64,000 bases of DNA from Thermoplasmata archaeon (GTDB taxonomy: Archaea; Thermoplasmatota; E2; DHVEG-1), in the NCBI GenBank assembly GCA_014894395.1, contig JADBLO010000094.1, positions 346-64,345 on the forward strand. The letters are read 5' to 3'. Position numbers and translations under genes: made by a program. Of the stretch, positions 28,618 through 37,806 are shown in pieces (within the stretch, counting starts at the first letter, position 1; each line of letters opens with the position of its first letter). The notes beneath the pieces are model-generated. The model saw only the letters and a list, made by a program, of their open reading frames with translations. It searched no databases and had not been told where the DNA came from.

Positions 28618-29763
28618 TTATATTTTGACTTCGTCGCCGTTTCGTAACGCCTGTTCTACGTTCTTTCTCAGTCGCCATATCCCATCTCGCTTCTCAACAA
28701 TATCTCTATTAGCAAATCTATCAACGACTTTCCAGAAATCCTCCTCTTTATAATTGATATAATTAAGGAAATCTTTTAACATTTTCTTATCTAACTTCCA
28801 ATCTTCTTCGAGTACTTTTTCTACGACTTTTTCACGAGAGATTCTACCTTCTCTAATCCAAAGACTTCCGACCTCGGTCACTCGCTGATGCCCAAACTTC
28901 GGGAACTTAAACCAGGTATGAGTAAGATACCCGACAGAGTCAATCTGATCATATTGCTCTAAATACCCATCCCTTTTCCATTCCCCTGTGTCATCCAATG
29001 TCTTAAATCCTCTCGTCCGAGCGAATTCCATGTTTTTATAGCCACTCCAAGGCATATAATAACTAAGAAACCTTGGGTCTAGTTTTACTTTATTTATCTG
29101 TTCAAGAGTTGGAAATATCGCAGGATTAACATCTTTCATCGTAATTTTATCATCTAACCAAACCTCCCAGGGTACGGGCTTTGCAACATCATTTGTTATT
29201 TGCTTAATCGCACTTGGAGTCTCTTCTGTATGAGGTCCACCGTATAAATAATTCGTATCTTCTCCATAGATGACTAAGGGAATATTCAATTTTACTGCTG
29301 TTGAATAGGGATAAGCATAAATCGCTCTATCAAAATACCATGTAGGAGAACCAAGTTTCTCAAGAGCCTTACGAAACAAGGTCTTACATACCTGTGGGTT
29401 CAAAGACATAATATGCGCATCTACTCCGAATTCTTTGAGGAGATTATTCCAGTTATGCTCACCTGTTTTTGTCCAGGTAAAATTATTTACACTTACAATA
29501 AGAGGGTTCATATGTAATTTTTCTTTAAAGACATGTACCTGGAAATAACTATCTTTTCCTGAACTCGCTGCAATTATACAATCGTAATAATCTCCGTTTA
29601 TTCCTCTGTATTGATCAGCGAGCATCTCAAGTTCTTTCCATCTTTTTTTCCAATCAATTTTTTTTAATTGTTCTGCGACTCTACAGGGATAACATATTCC
29701 TTCCTTGTCAAATTTCATATATGGCCGTGAGTCCGGCATGACACATTTCTTACAATATCTCAT
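28618..29763 (-). CDS. N-acetyl-sugar amidotransferase (PP-loop ATP pyrophosphatase, WbuX/PseA family), the acetamidino-forming enzyme.
   Basis: N-terminal zinc ribbon CKKCVMPDSRP...CYPCR followed by the PP-loop IIAASSGKDS. 381 aa. Confidence 0.8.
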   Translation of the reverse strand: MRYCKKCVMPDSRPYMKFDKEGICYPCRVAEQLKKIDWKKRWKELEMLADQYRGINGDYYDCIIAASSGKDSYFQVHVFKEKLHMNPLIVSVNNFTWTKTGEHNWNNLLKEFGVDAHIMSLNPQVCKTLFRKALEKLGSPTWYFDRAIYAYPYSTAVKLNIPLVIYGEDTNYLYGGPHTEETPSAIKQITNDVAKPVPWEVWLDDKITMKDVNPAIFPTLEQINKVKLDPRFLSYYMPWSGYKNMEFARTRGFKTLDDTGEWKRDGYLEQYDQIDSVGYLTHTWFKFPKFGHQRVTEVGSLWIREGRISREKVVEKVLEEDWKLDKKMLKDFLNYINYKEEDFWKVVDRFANRDIVEKRDGIWRLRKNVEQALRNGDEVKI

Positions 29764-30197
29764 TTGATCACCTTGTATAATTCTTCAATTTCTTTTTTTG
29801 TTAGTTTTCTTATAGCTTTAGCTGGAACGCCGTAGGCTACAGTATTATCCGGTATATCAGTAATTACAAAGCTGAATGCACCGATAATCGCGTTTTCTCC
29901 AATGGTAACATCAGGCATGACTACGGAATGTGTTCCCACACGGCAATTCTTTTTCAGGGTGATGTTCCCTTCTTTATTGTCGATTGTGGAAATCGAATAA
30001 AGGGAGCAGTGAGACCCGATTTGAACGTAGTCTTCCAGGGTAACACCTTTTTTTGCGTTAATGTAGGTAAAGGCACCGATGTCCACACGTTTACCTAGTT
30101 TTAGGTTCTTATGATGCTGGCACATCCAATTCCATTTTGTCGTATCGTTTTTATCGAAGGTGGGTTGTTTCCATTTTGTAAATCGTTTCTTGGTCAT
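29760..30197 (-). CDS. Hexapeptide-repeat (LbH) N-acetyltransferase (PglD/NeuD/LegH-like).
   Basis: Hexapeptide repeats IGSHCSL...VGTHSVV...IGENAIIGAFSFV. 145 aa. Confidence 0.75.
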   Translation of the reverse strand: MTKKRFTKWKQPTFDKNDTTKWNWMCQHHKNLKLGKRVDIGAFTYINAKKGVTLEDYVQIGSHCSLYSISTIDNKEGNITLKKNCRVGTHSVVMPDVTIGENAIIGAFSFVITDIPDNTVAYGVPAKAIRKLTKKEIEELYKVIK

Positions 30198-30208
30198 ATG
30201 CTTTCAAC

Positions 30209-31360
30209 TCAATACGTTATTTGTTTTTGAATGAGTCCTTCATCAAGAGGTATCTCTTTAAAGATTTTTATCATATGTTGTGCAGCGTTCCCGTCACCAA
30301 ACTGATTCTTACAGGTATCAACCTTTCGTTGGAATTCTTTATTGTGAAGAGCAAAATCGATAGCGTTGATAATACTGTTTTTTTCTGGCGGGATATCAAG
30401 GATGTTTGCAGATCGTCCTCGTCCTTGCTGTCGGCTTCCGATATTGATCACCGGGATTTTAAACGAAGGCGCCTCGATGATCCCACTACTGGAATTCCCA
30501 AGCATTAGATCAACTGATTTCATGATACTGAGATACTCTTCATGCGGTATATTTTTAAAGGCATGAAGATATGGTTTTTTTTCATATGTTGTTATCAGAT
30601 CAATGAATTTTTTCCCACCTGCATCACAGTTTGGATACAGGAGAACAGTCTGTTCTTTCAACGAATCAAGCGCCAGGAATAATTCTTTGAGTTGAGAGTA
30701 ACCTCGGTCTTTTAACGTTGTAATCGGATGTTGAACGACCAGAAACGCTGTTTTATTTGGATTAAGATGATGTTTTTTGAAGGTTTCTTCCTTTGAAGCT
30801 AGCTTCGTATGCATGATAGTATCAAGGGTGAGTGCCCCCGTGACAAAAATTCTTTTTTTCTCCTCGCCCATCTTTTCTACGCGTTCAGCATTTTCTTTGG
30901 TATGAACAAGGTGGATATGGGCAATTTTTGTGATCGCGTGTCGGATGGATTCATCGATGGTCGTGCCGCTGACGTCCCCACCGTTGATATGCGCTATCGG
31001 TATGTTCAGATAGGCGGCCGCGAGTGCGGCTGCGAGTGATTCACTTCGATCCCCAAGGACCACAAGAATGTCAGGGTGATTTTTATCAAGAAATGTTGCG
31101 AAATTGTTGATACCAGATGCAAGATATTCCGCCATGTGTTTGAGTTGATCTCCTTTCAGCGTCATGCGGATTTTTTTTGCGGACGGAAAATCTTTTTTAA
31201 CGATTTTGTAGGTATTCCCAAATTGAGACAGCAGATGCATCCCGGTGATTATCGGCAGTAATTTTAGATCTTTTTCTTGTTGGATTGCGTGCATGAGAGG
31301 TTTGAGATATCCGTATTCTGCACGGGTACCGGTAACGACTGCAATCGTTCTCATAATCAT
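30209..31360 (-). CDS. UDP-N-acetylglucosamine 2-epimerase, hydrolysing type (NeuC/LegG-like).
   Basis: RTIAVVTGTRAEYGYLKPLM in the NeuC family. 383 aa. Confidence 0.85.
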   Translation of the reverse strand: MIMRTIAVVTGTRAEYGYLKPLMHAIQQEKDLKLLPIITGMHLLSQFGNTYKIVKKDFPSAKKIRMTLKGDQLKHMAEYLASGINNFATFLDKNHPDILVVLGDRSESLAAALAAAYLNIPIAHINGGDVSGTTIDESIRHAITKIAHIHLVHTKENAERVEKMGEEKKRIFVTGALTLDTIMHTKLASKEETFKKHHLNPNKTAFLVVQHPITTLKDRGYSQLKELFLALDSLKEQTVLLYPNCDAGGKKFIDLITTYEKKPYLHAFKNIPHEEYLSIMKSVDLMLGNSSSGIIEAPSFKIPVINIGSRQQGRGRSANILDIPPEKNSIINAIDFALHNKEFQRKVDTCKNQFGDGNAAQHMIKIFKEIPLDEGLIQKQITY

Positions 31361-32409
31361 TCTACCATATTCAGACGAATAAGCTCATCTTTTGTTATAG
31401 ATTTTTTTGTTTTCTTCCCCAGGATTTGTTCTATTTGGGTTGGTGAAAGACCAATCCCAGGTCGTTTGACAGCAAGCATGTTTTTATGGATAATTGCACC
31501 TTTTTTGATGTTTTGGTTCGCGACAATGCTTTTTCTGACCAGCTTCATAATTTCTTTTTCAGAGGGTGTTGGTTTTTTCGCGTAACTCCCCAGGGTTGTT
31601 TCGACGTTTCTGATCGCAGTAACCATCTGTTTGAGTTCCTCTGGTTCAAGCGATGCTTTATGGTCAGGACCTGACAGTGTCTTGTCAAGAGTGAAATGCT
31701 TCTCGATAACTACGGCTCCAAGAGTTGCCGCCATAATCGGAACGATCATGCCCAGTGTATGATCCGAGTATCCAACCAGACAGCCCAGGGTGTTTTGCAT
31801 GGTCAGCATAGCACGCAGGTTTACTTCCGCTAGCGGGCAGGGGTAATTGGTAGTACAGTGAAGGGCGATAATCTGATGGTTCCCAGTTGCATGAATCGTT
31901 CGAATAGCAGCACGTACTTCATTAAGGGTGGCCATGCCGGTTCCCAGGATGAGTGGTTTGTGTTTCCGTGCTGCATATTGCAGCGCAGGTGTATTGGTGA
32001 GATCCCCGGAGCCAAACTTATATGCTAAAACAAGGTCCTCTAAGAAATCAATAGCATCAAATGAATGAGGTGTGGATAAAAACAATATCTTTTTTTGATC
32101 GCAATATTTTTTCAGTTGTTTGAATTCATCATAAGTTAGTTCGTAGCGTTTGATCATCTCGAGTTGTTTGAGGTTTTTCCCGATGTTCTTCTTGGCGTAT
32201 GATGCGATTCCTACATCGTCGGTGACGACTCCTTCTGCTTTGAAGGTCTGGAACTTTACTGCATCCGCGTTAGCAGAGACAGCTGCGTCTACGAGTTTCT
32301 TTGCAACGCTAAGTTTTCCGTTGTGGTTCACGCCTGCTTCAGCTATGATAAAACAAGGGTAACCCTCGCCGATATGTCTATCTCCAATCGTTATGTTTTT
32401 TCTCATCAT
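31357..32409 (-). CDS. Nonulosonic acid synthase (NeuB/LegI/PseI family) with a C-terminal SAF domain.
   Basis: YPCFIIAEAGVNHNGKLSVAKKLVDAA...ADAVKFQTF, with a C-terminal antifreeze-like (SAF) domain. Confidence 0.9.
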   Translation of the reverse strand: MMRKNITIGDRHIGEGYPCFIIAEAGVNHNGKLSVAKKLVDAAVSANADAVKFQTFKAEGVVTDDVGIASYAKKNIGKNLKQLEMIKRYELTYDEFKQLKKYCDQKKILFLSTPHSFDAIDFLEDLVLAYKFGSGDLTNTPALQYAARKHKPLILGTGMATLNEVRAAIRTIHATGNHQIIALHCTTNYPCPLAEVNLRAMLTMQNTLGCLVGYSDHTLGMIVPIMAATLGAVVIEKHFTLDKTLSGPDHKASLEPEELKQMVTAIRNVETTLGSYAKKPTPSEKEIMKLVRKSIVANQNIKKGAIIHKNMLAVKRPGIGLSPTQIEQILGKKTKKSITKDELIRLNMVE

Positions 32410-32415
32410 GTTGAG

Positions 32416-33267
32416 CTACCAAATTGTGAATCCACCATCAACAACAAGGTTATGTCCCGTCACATATGAGGAGGCATCGGACGCAAGAAAAATAATACTC
32501 CCGTTAATCTCATCAAGATTTGCTTTTCGCCCAAGAGGTGTTCGTTCAGAATAGTTCTTCAGAAAAATCTTATCTTCTTTCTCATGATAAATCCCACCCG
32601 GCGAGATACAATTTATTCGGATATTATATCCTCCATAGTACGCAGCAAGGTATCTTGTAAAATTAATAAGACCGCCTTTTGCTGCATTATACGAACCATG
32701 AGAGTAAATTCTTTCAAGATCTGGAGATTTCTTCACGTAAATCTCATGGAGATTTGTTCCAACGTACATTCGTTGGTCGTTCCCCACAATACCATACACT
32801 GAGGAGATATTGATGATGGAGCCTTTTCGTTGTTTTTTCATTATTGGGATAAATGTTTGAATCGTTAGAAACGGTATTGTAAGATTTCCTAATAAACCGA
32901 CATTCCAACTTTCCAAGCTAACATCCTCGAATGGTAAATAAAAATCATCGCTTTTTGCACTTGTTGAATTTATTAATATGTCAATTGTTTTTTCTTTCTC
33001 AAGGATTTTTTCTTTTAGTTGTAACAAGTCATTTTTATCTGTAGCATTGACGTTCATCATCTCAAATTTTTCAGAGTAATTTTTTTTAAGCATTGTTATT
33101 TCTTTTGATTCGTCTGTATTACTATCGCAACAATACACTGTCGCATTATTTTCCAATAATGCTTTACAAAATTCTTTGCCCAGATAGCCGTTTCCCCCAA
33201 AGACTAAAGCAACTTTATTTTTTAAATCAAAAAGTTCCATTTTCATAACCCCACTTGTTCTATACAA
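32416..33267 (-). CDS. Short-chain dehydrogenase/reductase (classical SDR).
   Basis: KVALVFGGNGYLGKEF Rossmann motif and a YNAAK catalytic motif. Confidence 0.75.
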   Translation of the reverse strand: MYRTSGVMKMELFDLKNKVALVFGGNGYLGKEFCKALLENNATVYCCDSNTDESKEITMLKKNYSEKFEMMNVNATDKNDLLQLKEKILEKEKTIDILINSTSAKSDDFYLPFEDVSLESWNVGLLGNLTIPFLTIQTFIPIMKKQRKGSIINISSVYGIVGNDQRMYVGTNLHEIYVKKSPDLERIYSHGSYNAAKGGLINFTRYLAAYYGGYNIRINCISPGGIYHEKEDKIFLKNYSERTPLGRKANLDEINGSIIFLASDASSYVTGHNLVVDGGFTIW

Positions 33268-34243
33268 TCTTCTGCCATGATTTTAATGTACTAGAGAGTT
33301 CAGCTTTCTCAATGACGTTCATAACCTCCACGCCATCGTGAAATGTTGATTTTGGTATTTTTCCATTTGATATACATGCAATGAAATCTTCCATTTCTTG
33401 TTGATATGTTTTTTCCCAATCTTGCTTTTCTTTTTTGTATAATACATTGGCATTACCTGTATTATCAGTAAACGTGATTTCTGGTTTTGAATACGTATAT
33501 TCCAGAATTCCTTGAGAACCAAACACAACTCCGTTTCTAATATTTTTCGGATTTAAATAATCTAACTCAATTGTAATAAGTGCATTGTTCTTCAATCTAC
33601 AGATTAAATAGGCGTTGTCGTCGACATCAATTTCTAAAGAAGATATCTTTCCAACTACGGCTAGTAACTCTTTTGGAACACCAAAAAGATAATGCATGAT
33701 ATCAATCTCATGGGATAATGTCCGAATGACACCCCCGCCCAGTTCTTTTCTTGCATAATATTCTTTTCTGTAATCAGCATAAGGATGCCAAAGTGGGAGA
33801 TATTGCCCGCAATAAAGATGCGCTTTATAGACTTCTCCGAGTTTTTTTGAATCAAGAAAATTTTTTACGGTATTGATAACATCATCATATCGTAATGTAA
33901 AACCAACGAGCACTTTTGAAAGATCATACTGTTTCAGTTCTTTTATATCAGAAAGATGATTTGCCAAGGGTTTTTCTACAAAAACCGGTATTTTGTTTTC
34001 AAGCGCTTTTTTCATTGTTTTAATATGGAACGAGGTTGGATTTGCGATAATCACTCCATCAAGACAAAGGTCGTAGAACTCATCCTGATTGTAAATTTCT
34101 TTAATAGTTTGCAAATCAGGAGGTAATTTAGTTAATGCCCCTTTTTTAGTTCGGAGCGCATAAATATCTGTAATTCCTAGTTTGAAAAGACTTCTTGCAT
34201 GTCGTTGCCCGATTGATCCTAACCCAATGATACCAATCTTCAT
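33260..34243 (-). CDS. Gfo/Idh/MocA-family NAD(P)-dependent oxidoreductase.
   Basis: MKIGIIGLGSIGQRHA. 327 aa. Confidence 0.8.
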   Translation of the reverse strand: MKIGIIGLGSIGQRHARSLFKLGITDIYALRTKKGALTKLPPDLQTIKEIYNQDEFYDLCLDGVIIANPTSFHIKTMKKALENKIPVFVEKPLANHLSDIKELKQYDLSKVLVGFTLRYDDVINTVKNFLDSKKLGEVYKAHLYCGQYLPLWHPYADYRKEYYARKELGGGVIRTLSHEIDIMHYLFGVPKELLAVVGKISSLEIDVDDNAYLICRLKNNALITIELDYLNPKNIRNGVVFGSQGILEYTYSKPEITFTDNTGNANVLYKKEKQDWEKTYQQEMEDFIACISNGKIPKSTFHDGVEVMNVIEKAELSSTLKSWQKIV

Positions 34244-35010
34244 TTTTGTTCACTTTTTGTTTTTAATTTTATTGATTTTTTCTGGGAAGAAAACCGTGCT
34301 TTGAACAGTTCTGCGCAATGTTGATTAATTTTTACTATTTCAGGGTGTAAATCGAGGAATTTAATGATTTCAGCTGTCGACTTCTTGTAGGTGTCTTTCC
34401 CAAGTGCTTCAAACAAAGCTAAAAAAAATTCATAATCCTCTGGATAATCAAGGGTTAATCGATAGTTTTCTCGTATTAGTTCTTTTGGAGTACTCATTTT
34501 GATGACGATAAACCTTTCTGGTGTAAAATAATCTCCCCAGATTTCCGTGTCTTTTTCTTCTTTTATTTCAAGAACCTTTTTTAAAGCTTCTACCTTAATA
34601 CCATAAAAGTAAAAACCGTGTGGCAAATCGAAAGTTCGTATTAAATCAGCACCTGTTTTTTGATATTCTTTAATCATATCATCAATGAAATCATATCCAA
34701 CCAATGGACAGTCTGCCGTGACATTAATAATATAATCAATTTTGTAGTATTGAGCAGCCATATACAGACGTTCTAAAACATCAGCTTCACTACCTCTGAA
34801 GCATTTCACGTGTTCTCTTTTAGCGATTTGACAAAGAACATCATCTTGGGAATTTGTAGAAGTAGCAATAATAATCTCATCAACACTGCTGCACAGTTTT
34901 AACCTATCGATCATCAGCGCTATTATCTCTCTATTATGTATTTTAAGGGTGAGCTTGAGAGGTAATCGGGTTGATTTCATCCTAGCGGTTATTAAAAAAC
35001 CTATTTTCAT
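34240..35010 (-). CDS. CMP-nonulosonic acid synthetase (acylneuraminate cytidylyltransferase, NeuA/LegF-like).
   Basis: MKIGFLITARMKSTRLPLK. 256 aa. Confidence 0.85.
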   Translation of the reverse strand: MKIGFLITARMKSTRLPLKLTLKIHNREIIALMIDRLKLCSSVDEIIIATSTNSQDDVLCQIAKREHVKCFRGSEADVLERLYMAAQYYKIDYIINVTADCPLVGYDFIDDMIKEYQKTGADLIRTFDLPHGFYFYGIKVEALKKVLEIKEEKDTEIWGDYFTPERFIVIKMSTPKELIRENYRLTLDYPEDYEFFLALFEALGKDTYKKSTAEIIKFLDLHPEIVKINQHCAELFKARFSSQKKSIKLKTKSEQK

Positions 35011-35031
35011 GATTGTTCACGAGTATCCGTA

Positions 35032-36093
35032 TTATATGTTTGTGAAGGTATCCAGATTCAATGTTTTAAACTTATACTCAATTTTAGTGAAATCAATCAC
35101 TTCGTCTTTTTTAATATCGACTTTCGCTTTAGAACCTAAGAGATATAAGAACTGTTTTTGTTGAATCGTGCTTTCTTCCGGCGTTCGTTTGAACCAGAGA
35201 TTCAAAGTGGAGAGTTTTTCACCTTTTTTAATATCCCGCTTTGCGACTATTGCTTTTTTCATAGGTCCAACATTCCCATATGCTTTTTCGGGTTCACTAA
35301 GTGTTATTTGTCCACTGCCATGGATTTCGAGTGCTACTTTCATAAGATCACGGATGCAGCTCATGTGTTTCTTACCAACAGCAGCATGGTAGTCGATGCG
35401 TTCTTTTCCAGGATATGGTGTGTAATGTTTCTCTAGTATAGGGAAACCCATGAAAGCGGCTGCAACACTGATTCCTGCGTTATTCGGGTCGTCGAATCCG
35501 GTGTGGTCAGCGTACCCAACTGGAAGATGAAACAGGTTCTGGATAGCATGCATTTTTGCCAGATTGATATCTGAATAGTCCGTTGGATAACTCTGAAACC
35601 CGTACATGAGCAGAATATCGTGTTTCTCCTTATGTTTCAAGAAATCAACTGCATAGGAGATATCGTTGATGGAAGAGCCCCCAATCCCAAGGATAATACG
35701 ACCATCAAACTTAGCTATCTCTGAAAGCATAAAATGATCGTTAAGACTTGTTGCATGAAGTTCTATAGCGTGAACCTTTTTTTTCTTACGGATGATGTAC
35801 TGGATGCTTTCTACATCATCGCATAGCACGATAATCTCAAGCTTTTTTTTGGCGGTATAAGATAAGATGTCATTCCATTGATTTTCTGTAAAAATCCAAT
35901 GTTTCATCGTCTGATATAAAGGATGTGTTTTTTTTATATAACTATCAAGGTTTAATAAAAGATGGAATTTAATTGCATTCAGCCTTAATGAGGCAATCTC
36001 CTCGATCATTTGATAAAGGTATTTGATGTCTCCTTCATGATTATATGCGGTTTCAGCGATGATATAGGGATTAAGAGTATAGTTCTGTATCAT
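35032..36093 (-). CDS. Second NeuB-family nonulosonic/ulosonic acid synthase paralog with a SAF domain.
   Basis: PYIIAETAYNHEGD, a NeuB TIM-barrel plus a C-terminal SAF domain. 353 aa. Clearly distinct from the 31357..32409 copy. Confidence 0.85.
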   Translation of the reverse strand: MIQNYTLNPYIIAETAYNHEGDIKYLYQMIEEIASLRLNAIKFHLLLNLDSYIKKTHPLYQTMKHWIFTENQWNDILSYTAKKKLEIIVLCDDVESIQYIIRKKKKVHAIELHATSLNDHFMLSEIAKFDGRIILGIGGSSINDISYAVDFLKHKEKHDILLMYGFQSYPTDYSDINLAKMHAIQNLFHLPVGYADHTGFDDPNNAGISVAAAFMGFPILEKHYTPYPGKERIDYHAAVGKKHMSCIRDLMKVALEIHGSGQITLSEPEKAYGNVGPMKKAIVAKRDIKKGEKLSTLNLWFKRTPEESTIQQKQFLYLLGSKAKVDIKKDEVIDFTKIEYKFKTLNLDTFTNI

Positions 36094-36158
36094 TGATTAT
36101 TCCTCCATCGGATAGAAACGAGCCACTTATCTGCCGTTTTGTAGTGGCAAATCAGAAA

Positions 36159-37745
36159 TTACCTATAAACCTTTTCCCTTACAGAAATTTTTTGGTTAAT
36201 GCCAAGGTCAGTGAAGAATTTCTCAAAGTGTTTTTCTGGATTCTTTGTGAAAAAAAGATCTGCGATAGCTTTGGCCTCGACAATCGAATCTTGATAATGA
36301 GACAAGATTGTTTTTACGGTATTAACAAACTGTGCAGGGGTTGTCGTGATATATGAGGTTCTGTTGTCCTTTGTCAAAGAGTAGATGTCAATGAAGATAT
36401 TAGGCGTCCCAAACGCCATTGCCTCCAGTCCGCTGGTGGAGTACACCGTGGAGTGGATGTCAGCGATGTTGAATAGTGTGAAGATATCATCATATTTATC
36501 AATCAGGATGATGTGTTTATTTTGTTTTAATCCAGAGTAGTCGTTTTTGTCATAGGGGTGAGGTTTGAAAAGGATGCCGACATCCATGTTGTGTTTTGCG
36601 AATTGTTCTGCTACTTTGAGGATATAACCTTGAATGTCTTTGGCAATAATCCATTGGGAAGTGAATAATATATTATGAGGAAATGGTGAGAATGATTGTT
36701 TCAGAGCAGGGAGTGTTTTTCTCTCCATCAGGGTGCGTTGAAGGTACGGGTATCCTGTTGAGATAACCTTGTCTGCATCGAAGAGGTTACCGTTTCGTAC
36801 CATTTCTGCGTAGATTTCACCATGTGTGAGGAGATACTCGGGAATGCAATCTTTGTTTGTTGTAGGGGTCGCCCGTCGGTACGCGGGGAGGTATGCGGTG
36901 ATGAGACCATGTTGGAGTTCTATCGGCGGAATTCCAAGTTCTCTGCATGCTTGGGAAAGTGCCATGGGGAATCTGCCGTATCCGCATCGGATGAGGACTG
37001 CTTTTGGTTTTATCTTTTTAAGGATGTTGTAGAGGAAGTGTTTGATGTGGGTAAAGACTGTTATGAAGTCGTAGATGTCGCTTGTGAGTTTGTCTTTATC
37101 GACAGAGGCAGTGGTGCTGATGTATTCGATGATATCCTGGAGGACATCTTCAGATTCTAGCGTAATGTTTTTGCGACCGGTAAATCTATTGAAGAGCAGA
37201 TTCCAGAAGGTTTTTGACCAGAGTGGAACGTGCATGGGGACATGATATCGTGAGAATATTGGATGGTCATATTTTCTTCGGTATCCGCTGGTTTCTGGCC
37301 ATTCGAAGACAGCGAGGTTGTCTCCCAGGATCTCATAGAGTGGATCTAGGTAGATATCGTAATAGGTGTCTTTGTAGAGTTTTCTGCTTTCGCCGCTGGA
37401 AAAACCACAGACGGTTATGTTTTTTGGAAGACGGAGGGGAATAAAACTTTCTTTGAAAAGAGAAATAACGGATTTGATGCTGGTTTTGCTGAGTTTTTTA
37501 TTTATGGTTTGTTCGCCGAGTTTCTGGAAATTTGAATACAGGAAGACACGCATGAGGTTCCAAATTTTGGTTCCGTCAGAAAGACGTAGTGAGTCGGTTT
37601 TGAATTTTTGTTCGATGGTTTCAATGAGTTGGTACGCGGTTTGGTCGTTGATTTTTCCTGCGATCCTAAGGTCGTATTCGTTGTAGAATGCCATGATTTC
37701 AGAGGCGAGTTGTTCCGGTGTAATTTTTTTCATAGACAACGTCAC
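36159..37745 (-). CDS. HP-motif GT-B glycosyl/glycerophosphotransferase (TagF/capsule-polymerase/NeuS-like), a candidate nonulosonic-acid transferase.
   Basis: C-terminal ILFKPHP...DIHSTVYSTSGLEAMAFGTPNIFID matches the Glyphos_transf / HP-motif family. 528 aa. Confidence 0.5.
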   Translation of the reverse strand: MTLSMKKITPEQLASEIMAFYNEYDLRIAGKINDQTAYQLIETIEQKFKTDSLRLSDGTKIWNLMRVFLYSNFQKLGEQTINKKLSKTSIKSVISLFKESFIPLRLPKNITVCGFSSGESRKLYKDTYYDIYLDPLYEILGDNLAVFEWPETSGYRRKYDHPIFSRYHVPMHVPLWSKTFWNLLFNRFTGRKNITLESEDVLQDIIEYISTTASVDKDKLTSDIYDFITVFTHIKHFLYNILKKIKPKAVLIRCGYGRFPMALSQACRELGIPPIELQHGLITAYLPAYRRATPTTNKDCIPEYLLTHGEIYAEMVRNGNLFDADKVISTGYPYLQRTLMERKTLPALKQSFSPFPHNILFTSQWIIAKDIQGYILKVAEQFAKHNMDVGILFKPHPYDKNDYSGLKQNKHIILIDKYDDIFTLFNIADIHSTVYSTSGLEAMAFGTPNIFIDIYSLTKDNRTSYITTTPAQFVNTVKTILSHYQDSIVEAKAIADLFFTKNPEKHFEKFFTDLGINQKISVREKVYR

Positions 37746-37806
37746 TTTTCTTGTTTACAGGGTAGTGTGATTAATATTAAATACGTTCTGCCGTTTTCCT
37801 GAAGGG

